The notes under the pieces are model-generated. The model saw only the letters and a list, made by a program, of their open reading frames with translations, was not told the origin of the DNA and searched no databases. A DNA stretch of 64,000 nt from the NCBI RefSeq assembly GCF_006345805.1, contig NC_043026.1, positions 10,664,001 to 10,728,000 of the forward strand. Reading direction: 5' to 3'. Source of the DNA: Octopus sinensis. Lineage: Eukaryota. Below, one piece after another: positions 38,135 through 50,368 of this stretch (within the stretch, counting starts at the first letter, position 1; each line of letters opens with the position of its first letter). Position numbers and translations under genes: made by a program.

Positions 38135-39800
38135 CTAAATATTTTCAGTTTTTCTTTCCACATCAGAGTACCAACCAAAGCAGTGAAGCGCGGAAGCTAA
38201 CGCAGTATCTGTTCCAGAAGTTAGTTCCAGAAGCTGCTTAGTGAATTTTTTTACTGGTCCCCCAAAGAATTCTTTGTCTTGAGAATAACTTTCTTGTAAA
38301 GCAAGAAAAGCCTTGTTTAGCTCATTGATTATTGGGTCACTTCCATCCTCAGCACTTGGTTTTGATGTGCAACCATTTGAAATCTCCATATCCTTCCAGT
38401 CAGCTCCGTCATTTTCATTTATGTGATTGTTTGACTCCATGCAGTTGTCGTCACTGTCAGCACAATGAGGTTCAGTTTTTATATTGTCTATGGACTCCAT
38501 CGTTATACTGTTTGTATCCACTTGATCTGGTTCATTCTGGCAGTTCAGGGGCAGAAACCATTGTTTTGGAACATTCGAACAACCTGTGGCCACTTCGTAC
38601 AACAACTCCCTCATTGAGGGATCATTTATAGGAATGAAGTTCCAGCAGGACAGGATGTTCAGCTTCTTGAAAACCAGGTACTGATGCTTGCATGGTCCAC
38701 CAGTTATTCCTTTCCTGCACTGGCACACACCAAGAGCAATATCCACCATGTAGGTTGTCGGATCATCTGTCTCACTTGGAACCATGAACAAGTTCTTACT
38801 GTTGGCAATCCCAACAATTTCGTTTGGATCAATTTTAGATCCAGCCATGATATCAGGAAAAAATCGAGACTGAAGCAACCTGTCTAGTCTGTTGTTGCAG
38901 ACGTCAATGAGCCGCCTTTCATAATATGTCTCCACTCTTGTGACAATGAAATCGACCAGCTGGATCAAATTATAGGCCCTGGTCCTTTCAAGGATCTGAT
39001 CCTTCATTATCCGCATGGCTGTCTCTGCGTAGTTGTTTGTGTTGTTACCAACATGCAGACCAACTCGATAACACACTGCCCACGATGTCTTTTTGGCACA
39101 GATGTCCTCCAAGTGCTTTCGTACACACTCGTACCTCTTCAATGTTTCATCATTCATGATTTCACCATGTTTTGCCTTCAGCGCCTCGATGGTGTCACAG
39201 TAAATCATGTCCTTCAACAAGGAAAACAAATGTGGCCTGTCTTCCTGCCTAACTGCATTCTTAGCTTCCAAGAGGAAGCGCCAAAATGCCTGAAGAATGT
39301 GAAACACACAATGAAGAAGTGTGGCATCAGAGTAGACAGCATGGAGTGATTGCCTTTCCGATGTACTGTCATCTGTCATGAAGATTTCGGGCCCAGATTT
39401 CCAGCCTCGCCCAAAATATGCACCATTATCCAACAGAGAATTATACAACTTCAGAGCCTCTGTAATTGTTTCTGTGCTCTCACTTGTTGTAATCAGCACT
39501 CCAAGTGGGAGTCCTCCAGCACAACTGTGTGTCAAGAGCAAAAAAACTCGACACCCTTGCCTGTTCATGTTTCCAGATGCATCAATGAATACTAGTTCAC
39601 CAGAATGTTTGATCAGTTTATGCACACGTCTCATCAGTGGCGTTACAATGGCAATGGCAGCTTGTTTTCCCTCTGGCCCAACAAGTGACAATTTGATGTC
39701 ATCACCGAATGATCCTTCCTCGATCTTCCTCTTCAGATCCTTGAGGATAAACTCTCCCTTGGCTTCACCATACTCTTTCTTGAATGTCTGGTAGTATAAC
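38135..39800 (-). CDS. MULE/Mutator DDE transposase, exon 5 (catalytic core + SWIM finger)
   Basis: TTCAG acceptor at 39801; VFIDASGN (D1), FMTDDS (D2), HCVFH (CxxH), NNYAE (E), CQC..PCKH (SWIM). The ORF track's start at 39691 is an internal TTG. Confidence 0.9.
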
Positions 39801-40554
39801 CTGAAGAGAAAGAGAATGAAGTAATATCAGAACCACAGATAGAGAAGGTAGGAACATATTTCACAAAGGGTCACAAACGAGGACTTTTGCTTCCCCACCT
39901 CCCCATTTTAGCAAACTAATATAGTACATTAACGAATTAGTATTACATTGCTGACTATGAATTAGAACAAATTCATTTGCAAGAGTAAATTGCACACCAC
40001 ACACAAAGCGAGGTTTCCACCAGTGTTTTCCCTAGTGTATAATACACTCAGTGCTACCACCAAGTTTCTCTGTGAATGTCATTCATCATGTGTGTATTTG
40101 TGTATGTGTATTAGTATGCATTTGTGATATCTCTCGCGAAAATCCTATAAAATTGCCATACTAAAATAGTTGATTTATGGGTGAAAACAAAGTTGTCTGT
40201 TATTTATGAACGCTCTATTTTCATGGGAAAAATCAACACCAACGTACCATACAAATGTACATATTGAAAGGTGCTTTTAAGTTAGTTCGAATTAACTGTA
40301 GGACTGGTTAAGTGAAGTCCATTTACTCATTAAAAGTGTACTTAAAAGGAAATTAAACCTGTAAAAGTTTACTGTTCTAATCTAAACAAATATTTTTTTT
40401 TTAATATTTCAAAAGAGAAATGAGCAAAATTGGGCAAAAAAAAATGGTAACTAGACTCATTTACATTTTTTAGTAAATTTTGCAAATTGGCAGCACTGAT
40501 GACATCATAGGTGATCTCTCCATTCATGTTGTACATATAATTTCACATACTAAC

Positions 40555-40821
40555 CTATAACAGTACTGTAAATCAGGAGTGATGGATCTATCAGCACTGA
40601 TGAAAAGGTAGTTGTCACTATGCTGGAGTTGTAGATCATACTTGTGCAGTTCCAGTGCTTTTGAAGGAGTATAACCCTTGTTGAACAATTCCAGGAACTT
40701 TACCTTAACCTCTTCACTCACATCCCTATGCTTCAAAGCATCCTCAGCCCTAAGAGGGTGGTTATGCGTGCACTTGAATTTCACAATCAGAGGATGATCA
40801 GGCATATGAGGATCTGAAGAC
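40555..40821 (-). CDS. MULE transposase exon 4
   Basis: TTTTAG|G TCT TCA GAT..THNH..TAT AG|GTTAGT; phase 2/2 joins both neighbours in frame. Confidence 0.85.
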
Positions 40822-40934
40822 CTAAAAAAAAAGAACCAGAACAAACATGTATGTCACAGGCTGCTGTTTTATATAATGGTGTTTTTGTCAATTCAACAGT
40901 TGAACTGAATGCACTGCATCCGATTTCTTGTTGT

Positions 40935-41999
40935 AATGCTTGATCTTCATCATCATCATCATCATCATCGTTTAACGTCCGTTCTCCATGCTAGCATGGG
41001 TTGGACGGTTCAACCGGGGATCTGGGAAGCCAGAAGGCTGCACCAGGCTCCAGTCTTATCTGGCAATGTTTGTACAGCTGGATGCCCTTCCTAACGCCAA
41101 CCACTCCGTGAGTGTAGTGGGTGCTTTTTACATGCCACCTGCACAGGTGCCAGGCGAGTCTGGCAACGGCCACGGTCGGATTGGTGTATTTTATGTGCCA
41201 CCGGCACGGAAGCCAGTCGAGGCGGCGCTGGCATCGGCCACGAGTCGGATAGTGCTTTTTACGTACCACCAGACCAGGGATCCTGGCTGGTTCAATTCGA
41301 TTTCGATTTCGCTTGCCCCAATATGTCTTCGCAAGCAAATCTTGAATAATATATATTTCTTTATTACCCACAAGGGGCTAAACACAGAGGGGACAAACAA
41401 GGACAGACAAACTGATTAAGTCGATTACATCGACCCCCAGTGCGTAACTGGTACTTAATTTATCGACCCCGAAAGGATGAAAGGCAAAGTCGACCTTGGC
41501 GGAATTTGAACTCAGAACGTAACGGCAGACGAAATACGGCTACGCATTTCGCCCGGTGTGCTAACATTTCTGCCAGCTCACCACCTTTTCTTGAATAATA
41601 TAATTGTACGGATCAGAATGGAAATCGATCAATGGAAATTGCAGATGTGTTACCAGTGCCGGTGGCATGTAAAAGAACCTTCCGTTTCGCGACCGTTGCC
41701 AGCACCGCCCGTTTCGTGTCCGTTGCCAGCCTCGCCTGGCCCTTGTGCCGGTGGCACATAAAAAGCACCATCCGTTCGTGGCCGTTTGCCAGCTCTGTCT
41801 GGCACCTGTGCGGGTGGCACGTAAAAAGCACCCACTACACTCACGGAGTGGTTGGCGTTAGGAAGGGCATCCAGCCGTAGAAACACTGCCAGATTTGACT
41901 GGGCCTGATGAAGCCTTCTGGCTTCACAGACCCCAGTAGAACCGTCCAACCCATGCTAGCATGGAAAACGGACGCTAAACGACGATGATGATGATGATG
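40935..41999. mobile_element. Three SINEs in MULE intron 3: family C (40935-41339, -), family B (41354-41588, -), family C (41650-41999, +)
   Basis: Family B copy is flanked by the 14-bp repeat TCTTGAATAATATA. Confidence 0.9.
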
Positions 42000-42195
42000 T
42001 ACGAAAAACAAGCAAAAAAGGAAAGGTGTAGATTTCATCCTTTTTTCACACCCTTTTTCCATAGGGGTGACATTTGTGACACCTGTCAAAAGAAAGTAGA
42101 GATTCGGATACAGAGAAATAATAGAACCAGTACAAAAATTTACAAACAATCAGAACAGTTGTATCCAGGTGAAAACAGATGCAAAATTCAATTAC

Positions 42196-42347
42196 CTGCA
42201 TTTCCTCTTTTTCCCATCAGACTTTTCAAAGGTGCTGACTTTGCCAATCATGCTCAAGCCTGCTGGGCAGTTGGTGTTCTTTGAACCCTTGCGTTGGTCG
42301 GCTGTTGTGGTTCTTGGTTTCGTGTTATGTTGACAGCGAAATTCAGT
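42196..42347 (-). CDS. MULE transposase exon 3 (N-terminal Zn-ribbon: FRCQHN..SKNTNCPA)
   Basis: TTCAG|ACT GAA TTT CGC TGT..TGC AG|GTAATT; phase 0/2. Confidence 0.85.
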
Positions 42348-42615
42348 CTGAAGTGAGAGCGGTGAGAAAGTAAAACTTACATGTGCAAACTTCAGTATTT
42401 TGAAATCGGATCAGGGCCGAAAGAATTCACAATTAGAACAGAACCTACAAGGACAGATTCATTTCTTCAAAAGTACTTTTTAGGTGAAGTGAACATGTAG
42501 CTAGCGATCACTAACTGGACATAAAACATTAAAACTACATGAATATACAAAGAAATTCTGCTGCAAGTGAAATTTGGATTGTTTACGGACTTTAGGGATA
42601 AATGCAAACATCATA

Positions 42616-43019
42616 GCAGGAGTGGCTGTGTGGTAAGTAGCTTGCTTACCAGCCACATGGTTCTGGGTTCAGTCCCACTGCGTGGCATCTTGGGTAAGTG
42701 TCTTCTGCTATAGCCTCGGACCGACCAATGCCTTGTGAGTGGATTTGGTAGACGGAAACTGAAAGAAGCCTGTCGTATATATGTATATATATATATATAT
42801 GTATGTGTGTATATGTTTGTGTGTCTGTGTTTGTCCTCCTAGCATTGCTTGACAACCGATGCTGGTGAGTTTACGTCACCGTAACTTAGCGGTTCGGCAA
42901 AAGAGACCGATAGAATAAGTACTGGGCTTACAAAGAATAAGTCCAGGGGTCGATTTGCTCGACTTAAGGAGGTGCTCCAGCATGGCCGCAGTCAAATGAC
43001 TGAAACAAGTAAAAGAGTA
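42616..43019 (+). mobile_element. SINE family A in MULE intron 2
   Basis: Consensus match. Confidence 0.9.
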
Positions 43020-43359
43020 TAGAACATCATGGAGACCAGCCAGGAGCAATTCTTCAATTGTGCATACAATATATACAACCAAGTACACACCTTTAAAGTG
43101 CTTGGTCATGTGATGACACCGCATTCCATAAATTAAATAAAGAATCGGAAAGAGTCCATGAATTGCCTGAAGAAGTCTTTGAATAGCATTTGTTGGAATT
43201 TTCCAGTCAGACTTTCACATATTGTTTGTAAGTTTCCTTAGAATTTTTCCTATTCTTGCTGGAAAGATTCTTATAACATCCATAAATGACTCCTATTTAT
43301 ATCAATTACGCCCCACCCGTAGCTTTGTGGAAGAATGTTATTATTAATATTATTATTAT

Positions 43360-43600
43360 TATATTATATAAAATCCGTTCTGTCTGTGTGTGTGTGTGTC
43401 TTCTAGGATCTCGGGCATCCTCCATCCGATGGTGCTCAAATTTGATATGTAGATACTGACGGCATCAGGGCATGTATAAGTCTTGAAAACATTACAAAAA
43501 TCGATTCCAGGTGAGAATGCTATCGATAAAGCCGTGGGAACGTGCATTTGTACGTGCAAGTACATCAGCTGTTGCAATCAATACTACGTGTACGTGAGAA
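43360..43600 (+). mobile_element. Possible Helitron-type 5' fragment
   Basis: ATATTATATAAAATCCGTTCTGTCTGTGTG..CATCCGATGGTGCTCAAATTTG resembles non-autonomous Helitron 5' ends; no 3' CTAG end found. Confidence 0.35.
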
Positions 43601-43986
43601 AAATGCACGTGCAGTTTGCGCAAAAAATGCCGGCTGGCTTGAAATAATGCCACAAAATACAGCATATTGAAGAGACCAAAAAAGTAAGATGCAAAAGAGA
43701 TATTTTCTTCAAACTTGGCATGAAGGAAGGAAAGACTATTTGGTTTCCAATGGTGGTGCCCCAGCATGGCTACAGCTCGTGAGCTGAAACTAGACGAAAT
43801 GAAAAAATGAAATGATCCGTAAAAGTTACGTCCATAAGTATCCGCAAGGCAATCCAGCGAAGTGTGAATGGGGCTTTAGGGGCATATATAAAAAGCAACA
43901 AAATTGTTTAGTTATATATGTATCTATCTTTTATTTAATCTCATCAAACCTGTCAAATGTGTGACAATAGTGATAGTGATACACAC

Positions 43987-44183
43987 CTTGAACAAAACCT
44001 TTTCACCAGAGGATGGATAAGTTCTTTCCACTCGAAAAGTTGACAGGGATGACTTCTGCATGGACTCCAACCATTCTTTAGCCCCTTCTTGGTCGAAACA
44101 GCCAACCTCAGTGTTACTTTTACTTCTTTCTCGACAATTTCTATGTTACAAATGTGATGTTTATAGTTCTCAGGTAGGAACTC
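43987..44183 (-). CDS. MULE transposase exon 2 (197 nt; contains a 1-nt deletion near 44085)
   Basis: TTGCAG|GAG TTC..LRLAVSTK-[fs]-AKEWLESMQKSSLSTFRVERTYPSSGEKVLFK|GTGTGT; 198 nt would give phase 0/0. Confidence 0.8.
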
Positions 44184-44219
44184 CTGCAATAAAAGAAATA
44201 TAAAAAAAATATATAAGTA

Positions 44220-44785
44220 GGCACAGGAGTGGCTGTGTGGTAAGTAGCTTGCTCACCAACCACATGGTTCTGGGTTCAGTCCCACTGCGTGGCATCTTGG
44301 GCAAGTGTCTTCTGCTATAGCCCTGGGCCGACCAATGCCTTGTGAGTGGATTTGGTAGACGGAAACTGAAAGAAGCCTGTCGTATATATATATGTGTTTG
44401 CGTGTCTGAGTTTGTTCCCCTAACATTGCTTGACAACCGATGCTGGTGTGTTTACGTCCCCGTCACTTAGCAGTTCGGCAAAAAGAGACCGATAGAATAA
44501 GTACTGGGCTTACAAAAAGAATAAGTCCCGGGGTCGAGTTGCTCGACTAAAGGCGGTGCTCCAGCATGGCCGCAGTCAAATGACTGAAACAAGTAAAAGA
44601 GTAAAAGAGTAAAGTAAAGCAAAATAAAAAAATACATACTAGGCACAGTTGTGTGGTAAGTAGCTTGCTTACCAACCACATGGTTTCGGGTTCATGGCAC
44701 CTTGGGCAAGAGTCTTCTACAATAGCCTTGGGCTGACCAAAGCCTTGAGTGGATTTGGTAGACGGAAACTGAAAGAAGCCTGTTG

Positions 44786-44832
<47 letters not shown>

Positions 44833-45471
44833 CTGTGTTTGTTCCCCTACCATTGCTTGACAACCAATGCTGGTGTGTTTATGTCCCCGTAACTTAGCAG
44901 TTTGGCAAAGAGACCGATAGAATAAGTACTAGGCTTACAGTTGTGGGGTCGATTTGTTCGACTAAAGGCGGTGCTCCAGCATGGCCGCAATCAAATGACT
45001 GAAACAAATAAAAAAAATAAAAGAATATATAAAGCATGATGATGAGTGCCAAGTATTTTTTTCTGCAAACTCATGTAAATTGGGCCCATGACAGAATAAC
45101 TCTCTCTTTTACTTGTTTGAGTCATTTGACTGTGGCCATACTAGAGCACCACCTTTAGTCGAGCAAATCGCCCCCGGGACTTATTCTTTGTAAGCCCAGT
45201 ACTTATTCTATCGGTCTCTTTTGCCGAACCGCTAAGTGACGGGGATGTAAACACTAGCATCGGTCGTCAAGCAATGCTAGGGGGACAAACACACACACAT
45301 ATATATATATATACGACGGGCTTCTTTCAGTTTCCGTCTACCAAATCCACTCACAAGGCTTTGGTCGGCCCGAGGCTATAGTAGAAGACACTTGCCCAAG
45401 ATGCCACGCAGTGGGACTGAACCTGGAACCATGTGGTTGGTAAGCAAGCTACTTACCACACAGCCACTCCT
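44220..45471. mobile_element. Three family A SINEs in MULE intron 1 (44220-44610 +, 44641-45025 +, 45103-45471 -)
   Basis: Consensus matches. Confidence 0.9.
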
Positions 45472-45763
45472 GAAAGTTAAATATTTGTTTTTTTTAAACA
45501 TATAAATTGTTTGATTAAAGTTTGTTTCTTTTTTGTCATTGAGCATTGAGGTGGTTGTGAGGCCTGCCAAAAATAACAGCTAAGTAAGATTTTTTTGGGA
45601 TAAATCTTTTAAATTAAAGTTTATTTGCCAACAACTTGCTCAGAGATTTAAAACTAACTGTTTTTCTCTTTTAAATATCAATAAATGTTTACAAAAACTT
45701 CAAGCAGTTTCCGTACTTTCATATTCGTCAAAAACATTGACTGCTGTAGTAATTCAAACTTAC

Positions 45764-45853
45764 CGCTAACCATCGTATGTGTTCAGTATCAATGATATTA
45801 GCATCTGAATGAGAGCACAATACAAGATTCGAATGGCAATCGGAGGTCGCCAT
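45764..45853 (-). CDS. Putative MULE transposase exon 1 (30 codons)
   Basis: CAAAATGGCG start context, MATSDCHSNLVLCSHSDANIIDTEHIRWLA, phase-0 GTAAGT donor matching the phase-0 acceptor of exon 2. Confidence 0.6.
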
Positions 45854-45964
45854 TTTGAATGCTAGCATATGTTAACTTGGTTGTATGCAAAGGAGTACTT
45901 TACTGAGGTCCGGAACTCTCGTGGGAAAAAAAATTCGCTTCCCGTATGTTATATAGAAACGATA

Positions 45965-46165
45965 CGCATGCGCAATAACTGTACTTCCGTAATTACCTTC
46001 ACGTTAGAACTTTTATACATTAAGGGATTAATTTCTACAAACCCCGGATTGTTTCTGAACTTCATACACACACATACGCTCAAAGTACGTTTAATACATA
46101 TACACACACTTTGTAATAATTTTTTCCTTTACGAAACATTTCTGTGTTTAATAACAATGAAAATA
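45965..46165 (+). promoter_or_regulatory. Inverted fifth copy of the ZNF promoter/exon 1, head-to-head with MULE exon 1
   Basis: CGCATGCGCA, GTACTTCCGTAATTACCT, GAAACATTTCTGT and AACAATGAAAATATT are collinear with the reverse complement of 26085-26240; donor degraded to GTGTTT. Confidence 0.7.
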
Positions 46166-46202
46166 TTTAATCTTAATTTTGTAGGTAGACCTTCCGTTTT
46201 CA

Positions 46203-46264
46203 CTACTTAAATACAGAGGTTCCATAGGGTTAGTTTTTAGGGACCTCTGTATTTTAAATAGTAC
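46203..46264. mobile_element. ~62-bp hairpin mini-MITE with an internal TAGGGTTAG
   Basis: ACTACTTAAATACAGAGGTTCC / GGACCTCTGTATTTTAAATAGT; half copy at 9255-9302. Confidence 0.7.
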
Positions 46265-46477
46265 CCGTGTGCTTACTGGGATCCGGGCGGATTTTCCGAT
46301 TCTGAAAAAAAAATTTTCAAAAATTTAACCCACCCATGTCCCGATTTCTTCATTTTTCACTTTTTCCGGAGATTTTTTTTTTTTTTTTTTTTGCGAAAAA
46401 CAGAAAAATACGGAGATTATGATTCTGAAAAAAATTGTTCGTAAAATTTCAGTTTTTCCAAAAAAAAAAAAAAAAAA

Positions 46478-47280
46478 AAAAATTACCACAACCCCTCCCC
46501 TCCTAATTCTACGGCCTTGGCCTTCAAGCAGATTATCCACATGCTGGAAATAACAGCCAAATCTCACAAAACTGCAATGACATAATGACAGAAATATGTA
46601 ATCAATCTACTCACCTTTCTGCAAAGATTTATTTCAGAGTAATTTCCCGCAGTAATATGATATAGTGAAATTAAAGTGTTGTTTTTTTTTTTTTTTACAA
46701 CTGAAACCTCGGCTATGTACGCCGGCGGAATGCGAGGGATAAACTTCGGTAATGTGTATAGGTGTATAGAAATTCTGGAAATTTTTCTTCGCCGCAAATC
46801 CATACATAGATTTGCCAACGCGAGACCGACCATTTCATATCATTCCATGATCCAGTGACATACGTCAACCGTCTTTTGATTCGGGACCAAAATAGGCCTC
46901 GGGCTGTGCAAGCGTCGGTTTCAGGGTCAACGAAGTTCTATGAATGGTTTACCGTTCGGTGAATATAGCCAAGTTGCTGTAAATTTCTATAGCTGGCCCA
47001 TTTATCGATATGAATTACAGTACCGGGAGTCAAAATTTCTATTATCACAGTTTCCAGTATTGCTGTGCTTTCTTCACTGTGGTATCATCCGACAGCCCAT
47101 GTTTGATGGCCTATCGTCCATACGTTGTCATATTACTGCGGGAAGTTACTCGAAAATTGATTACATATATCTTTCATTATGTTATTGCAGTTTTGTGAGA
47201 TTCGGCTGTTATTTCTAGCATGTGGATAGCGTACTTGAAGGGCAAGGTCGTAAAATCGGGAGGGGTTGGGGTAATTTTTT
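46478..47280. repeat. Long inverted repeat (~150-180-bp arms, ~460-bp spacer); each arm holds one 52-bp-family monomer core
   Basis: 46478-46660 vs the reverse complement of 47125-47280, including CCACATGCT(G/A)GAAATAACAGCC(A/G)AATCTCACAAAAC. Confidence 0.85.
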
Positions 47281-47409
47281 TGACGATCTATCGATTTGAG
47301 AACAGTTTATATCACTTCTTAAACCATGTATATTTCTGAACAAGATCGTCGCTTTCCATAATTTTTTTTACTTGTTTATATATGTGGTGGGGGGATCTTT
47401 TGGAGTCGA

Positions 47410-47600
47410 CGTAAAAGCGAAAGAGAGAGAGAGAGAGAGAGAGGTTATCTTTTGATATTGGCGTGAAGGGAAAGAATTGATGTGTGTTTGATGGGGTGTG
47501 CGAGACAGAGAGTGTGGTGTCTGTGAAGAGACAGAGAGAGCAATGGTGCTGGTGTGTGTGTATGTGTGTGAGAGAGAGAGAGAGAGATAACTGAATTTTT
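47410..47600 (+). mobile_element. Diverged arm fragment of the Merlin-like family
   Basis: TGTTTGATGGGGTGTGCGAGACAGA..GTGAAGAGACAGAGAGAG..GAGAGATAACTGA matches 32150-32260. Confidence 0.6.
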
Positions 47601-47739
47601 TTTAATTCACTTTTTGTAGTGAGTGAATGATTGTCAGAGAAAAAGAGAGAGGTGTTATGTATGTGTGAATGACTTCAGTGACACACACACACATAAATAC
47701 ATACATACAAGATCTACATATACGAATATACATACATAC

Positions 47740-47839
47740 ATACCATACATAGATGGATGTATATATATATATATATATATAACGATGATGATGATGATAT
47801 ATATATAATGTATGTATAATAGATGTATATATATATGTA

Positions 47840-47900
<61 letters not shown>

Positions 47901-47985
47901 AATATATATATATATTATATATATATATATATATATATCTATAATAATATATAGATGTGTGTGTATATATATATATAAATATATG
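47740..47985. repeat. (TA)n-rich microsatellite (also 48920-49090, 35510-35572)
   Basis: Direct reading. Confidence 0.9.
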
Positions 47986-48349
47986 TAAGGTGATTAAAAT
48001 AAAAATAAGCAACAAGGATATAGAGAGGTAATGCAGTACGATCGTTTCATGCAACTCCATTTAATTGAACAATGCAATCATTACATCAATTTAAAATGCA
48101 GAGCAGTCTTCAGCTGCACAAAGACATAGAATTTAATTAGATTAGAACAAATGGACATATTATACATAAAATCTCCAAGAAGTTAAGGAGATAGACAAAG
48201 AACATGCTATGCCAACTCCAGTTTCGAAGTTACTGGATTTTTCAAGAAGATATACATTGTTACAGACTCTGCCTGTCACTAATTTCTTTTTTTTTTTTTT
48301 TTTTTTGGTTTTATGGGATCAGTTTTAATTTATAGACTAGTTTATCAAA

Positions 48350-48650
48350 TCCCATGTATATTTAAGGCTGAGAGAACAGAGAGCAGTATCTGTTAGGGGT
48401 AGGGCTGAGGGAGCAGACAGACATCATAGTTGGTATAGTTATAAAAATCAAGATTTATTAGAAGCAATATCATGAGGTTTGGTAAAGGAAAACTTTTTTG
48501 TGAATTTTCTATCCAAAACCCAATCAAAATGCCTGAAACTTGATACACCAATTGAATGCCAGCTAGCTGTATGTGATTGGTCGGAGATTTGAACAGCTGT
48601 ATATGCATGCGCTCGCACTATGATCCGGTGTTGCCGGGTCATAGTGCTAG
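48350..48650 (+). mobile_element. Short non-autonomous Helitron
   Basis: 3' hairpin GCACTATGATCCGG-TGTTG-CCGGGTCATAGTGC followed by CTAG|T (48647-48651); candidate 5' A|TC at 48349-48351 is less certain. Confidence 0.6.
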
Positions 48651-48922
48651 TATATATATATATATACAAGACTGGAGATGAAGGAAAAAGGTTGGTCATT
48701 CCTCTAAAAATCCTTATAAACTATTATAATTTCTGATGAACTTATTTTACTGCCTATTTTGAGCACTTTTATAAAAACTGTTTAAAAACAAAGCCTTGTA
48801 ATTTACTTTTGAAAATCTTTTTTTTTAAGTGAAACCAGTCAAGGTAATAAACATCTGTAAAAGACCTCTGCATTTTCAAATCCCTTTCCTTTTATATTTT
48901 CACTCGTGTGGTACCTTCCATT

Positions 48923-48986
<64 letters not shown>

Positions 48987-49028
48987 GTATGTATCTGTCT
49001 GTCTGTCTTCTATCTTTCTGTCTGTCTA

Positions 49029-49090
<62 letters not shown>

Positions 49091-49665
49091 GTAGTCAAAT
49101 CGAATAAATAGCGTTAAAAATAACAATAACAAACAACAAGATGACGTGCACATGGAATGGATTAGTGTGACGTTCTGTAAAAGAAGAGAGTTTTTGATGT
49201 TCTGAGTATAGCTCTTCATCGGAAAAGAAAATGGGAAAAAGGAAAAGACCAAAGAGAGAGAAAAAAAATCACCGACAGCACGCGAGTAGTTACATTGCTG
49301 AAGTGACTGGAAGTGGAAAGAGGTAGATGAAAAGTGCTTTTTCTTTTGGTAGAAGAGAGTGTGAAGATGGCCAGTGAGAGAGCCATTATTGTAGGCATGG
49401 CTGCGTTCACCTTACAAACTACGTGGTTTCTGTTCCGGTTTCACTCCTCTTGCATGGCGATATTTTCTAATTCAGATCACCAATACACGTTCACCGGTGT
49501 TAACCAAGCAAAATGCAGTTCTAGGCATGATGAAGTTTTTCTCTTTATCTCTCTTTATTTTTTTTTCACCTGGCTATGACTATAAGCTGCAACCGGAAGT
49601 AGAGTCCACACAGATAAAACAGACAATGAAGTTCATCTATTCACTTTTGAGATGCATCTGTACGT

Positions 49666-49998
49666 GGCACCTTGGGCAAGTGTCTTCTACCATAGCTTCG
49701 GGCCGACCAAAGCCTTGTGAGTGGATTTGGTAGACGGAAACTGAAAGAAGCCCGTCGTATATATGTATATATATATGCATGTGTGCGTGTATGTTTGCGT
49801 GTCTGTGTTTGTCCCCCTAGCATTGCTTGACAACCGATGCTGGTGTGTTTATGTCCCCGTCACTCAGCGGTTCGGCAAAAGAGACCGATAGAATAAGTAC
49901 TGGGCTTACAAAGAATAAGTCCCGGGGTCGAGTTGCTCGACTAAAGGCGGTGCTCCAGCATGGCCGCAGTCAAATGACTGAAACAAGTAAAAGAGTAA
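49666..49998 (+). mobile_element. 5'-truncated SINE family A
   Basis: Consensus match. Confidence 0.9.
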
Positions 49999-50368
49999 GA
50001 GACTATACTTATACATACACATATCAACGTTGAGTCGATGCATATGTAAGTGTCACAACCATGTCTTTTATTAAACACCACACCAGCTTCAGAGACTGAA
50101 CGAAACCCTTAACCCTACCACTCCTCACAGCCAGCATTGTATTTCTATTCTATTCAAGTGCCTCCCTTCAATGACTTGCACACGTGGTCTCCTTAGAAAC
50201 AAGACCAAAACATCTACCATCCAACTACTTGATGCCACAGCAATCAACCACCACTACAACAGAGAATCCGCTTCTGAATAACAATGATGAAGCCACCAAT
50301 GCCATCACTGGATCTATAACATGAAATATGCTTGAATTACTGACTCCAACTAACCACCGTTTTATATA

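Noticed and set aside
39378-39794. Plus-strand ORFs overlapping the transposase (38332-39794)
   Set aside because: Antisense to a clear coding frame and with no recognisable motifs.
36187-47280. Candidate TIRs for the MULE transposase
   Set aside because: The inverted repeats at 36187-36895 and 46478-47280 each pair locally and do not match one another; no 9-bp TSD was seen.
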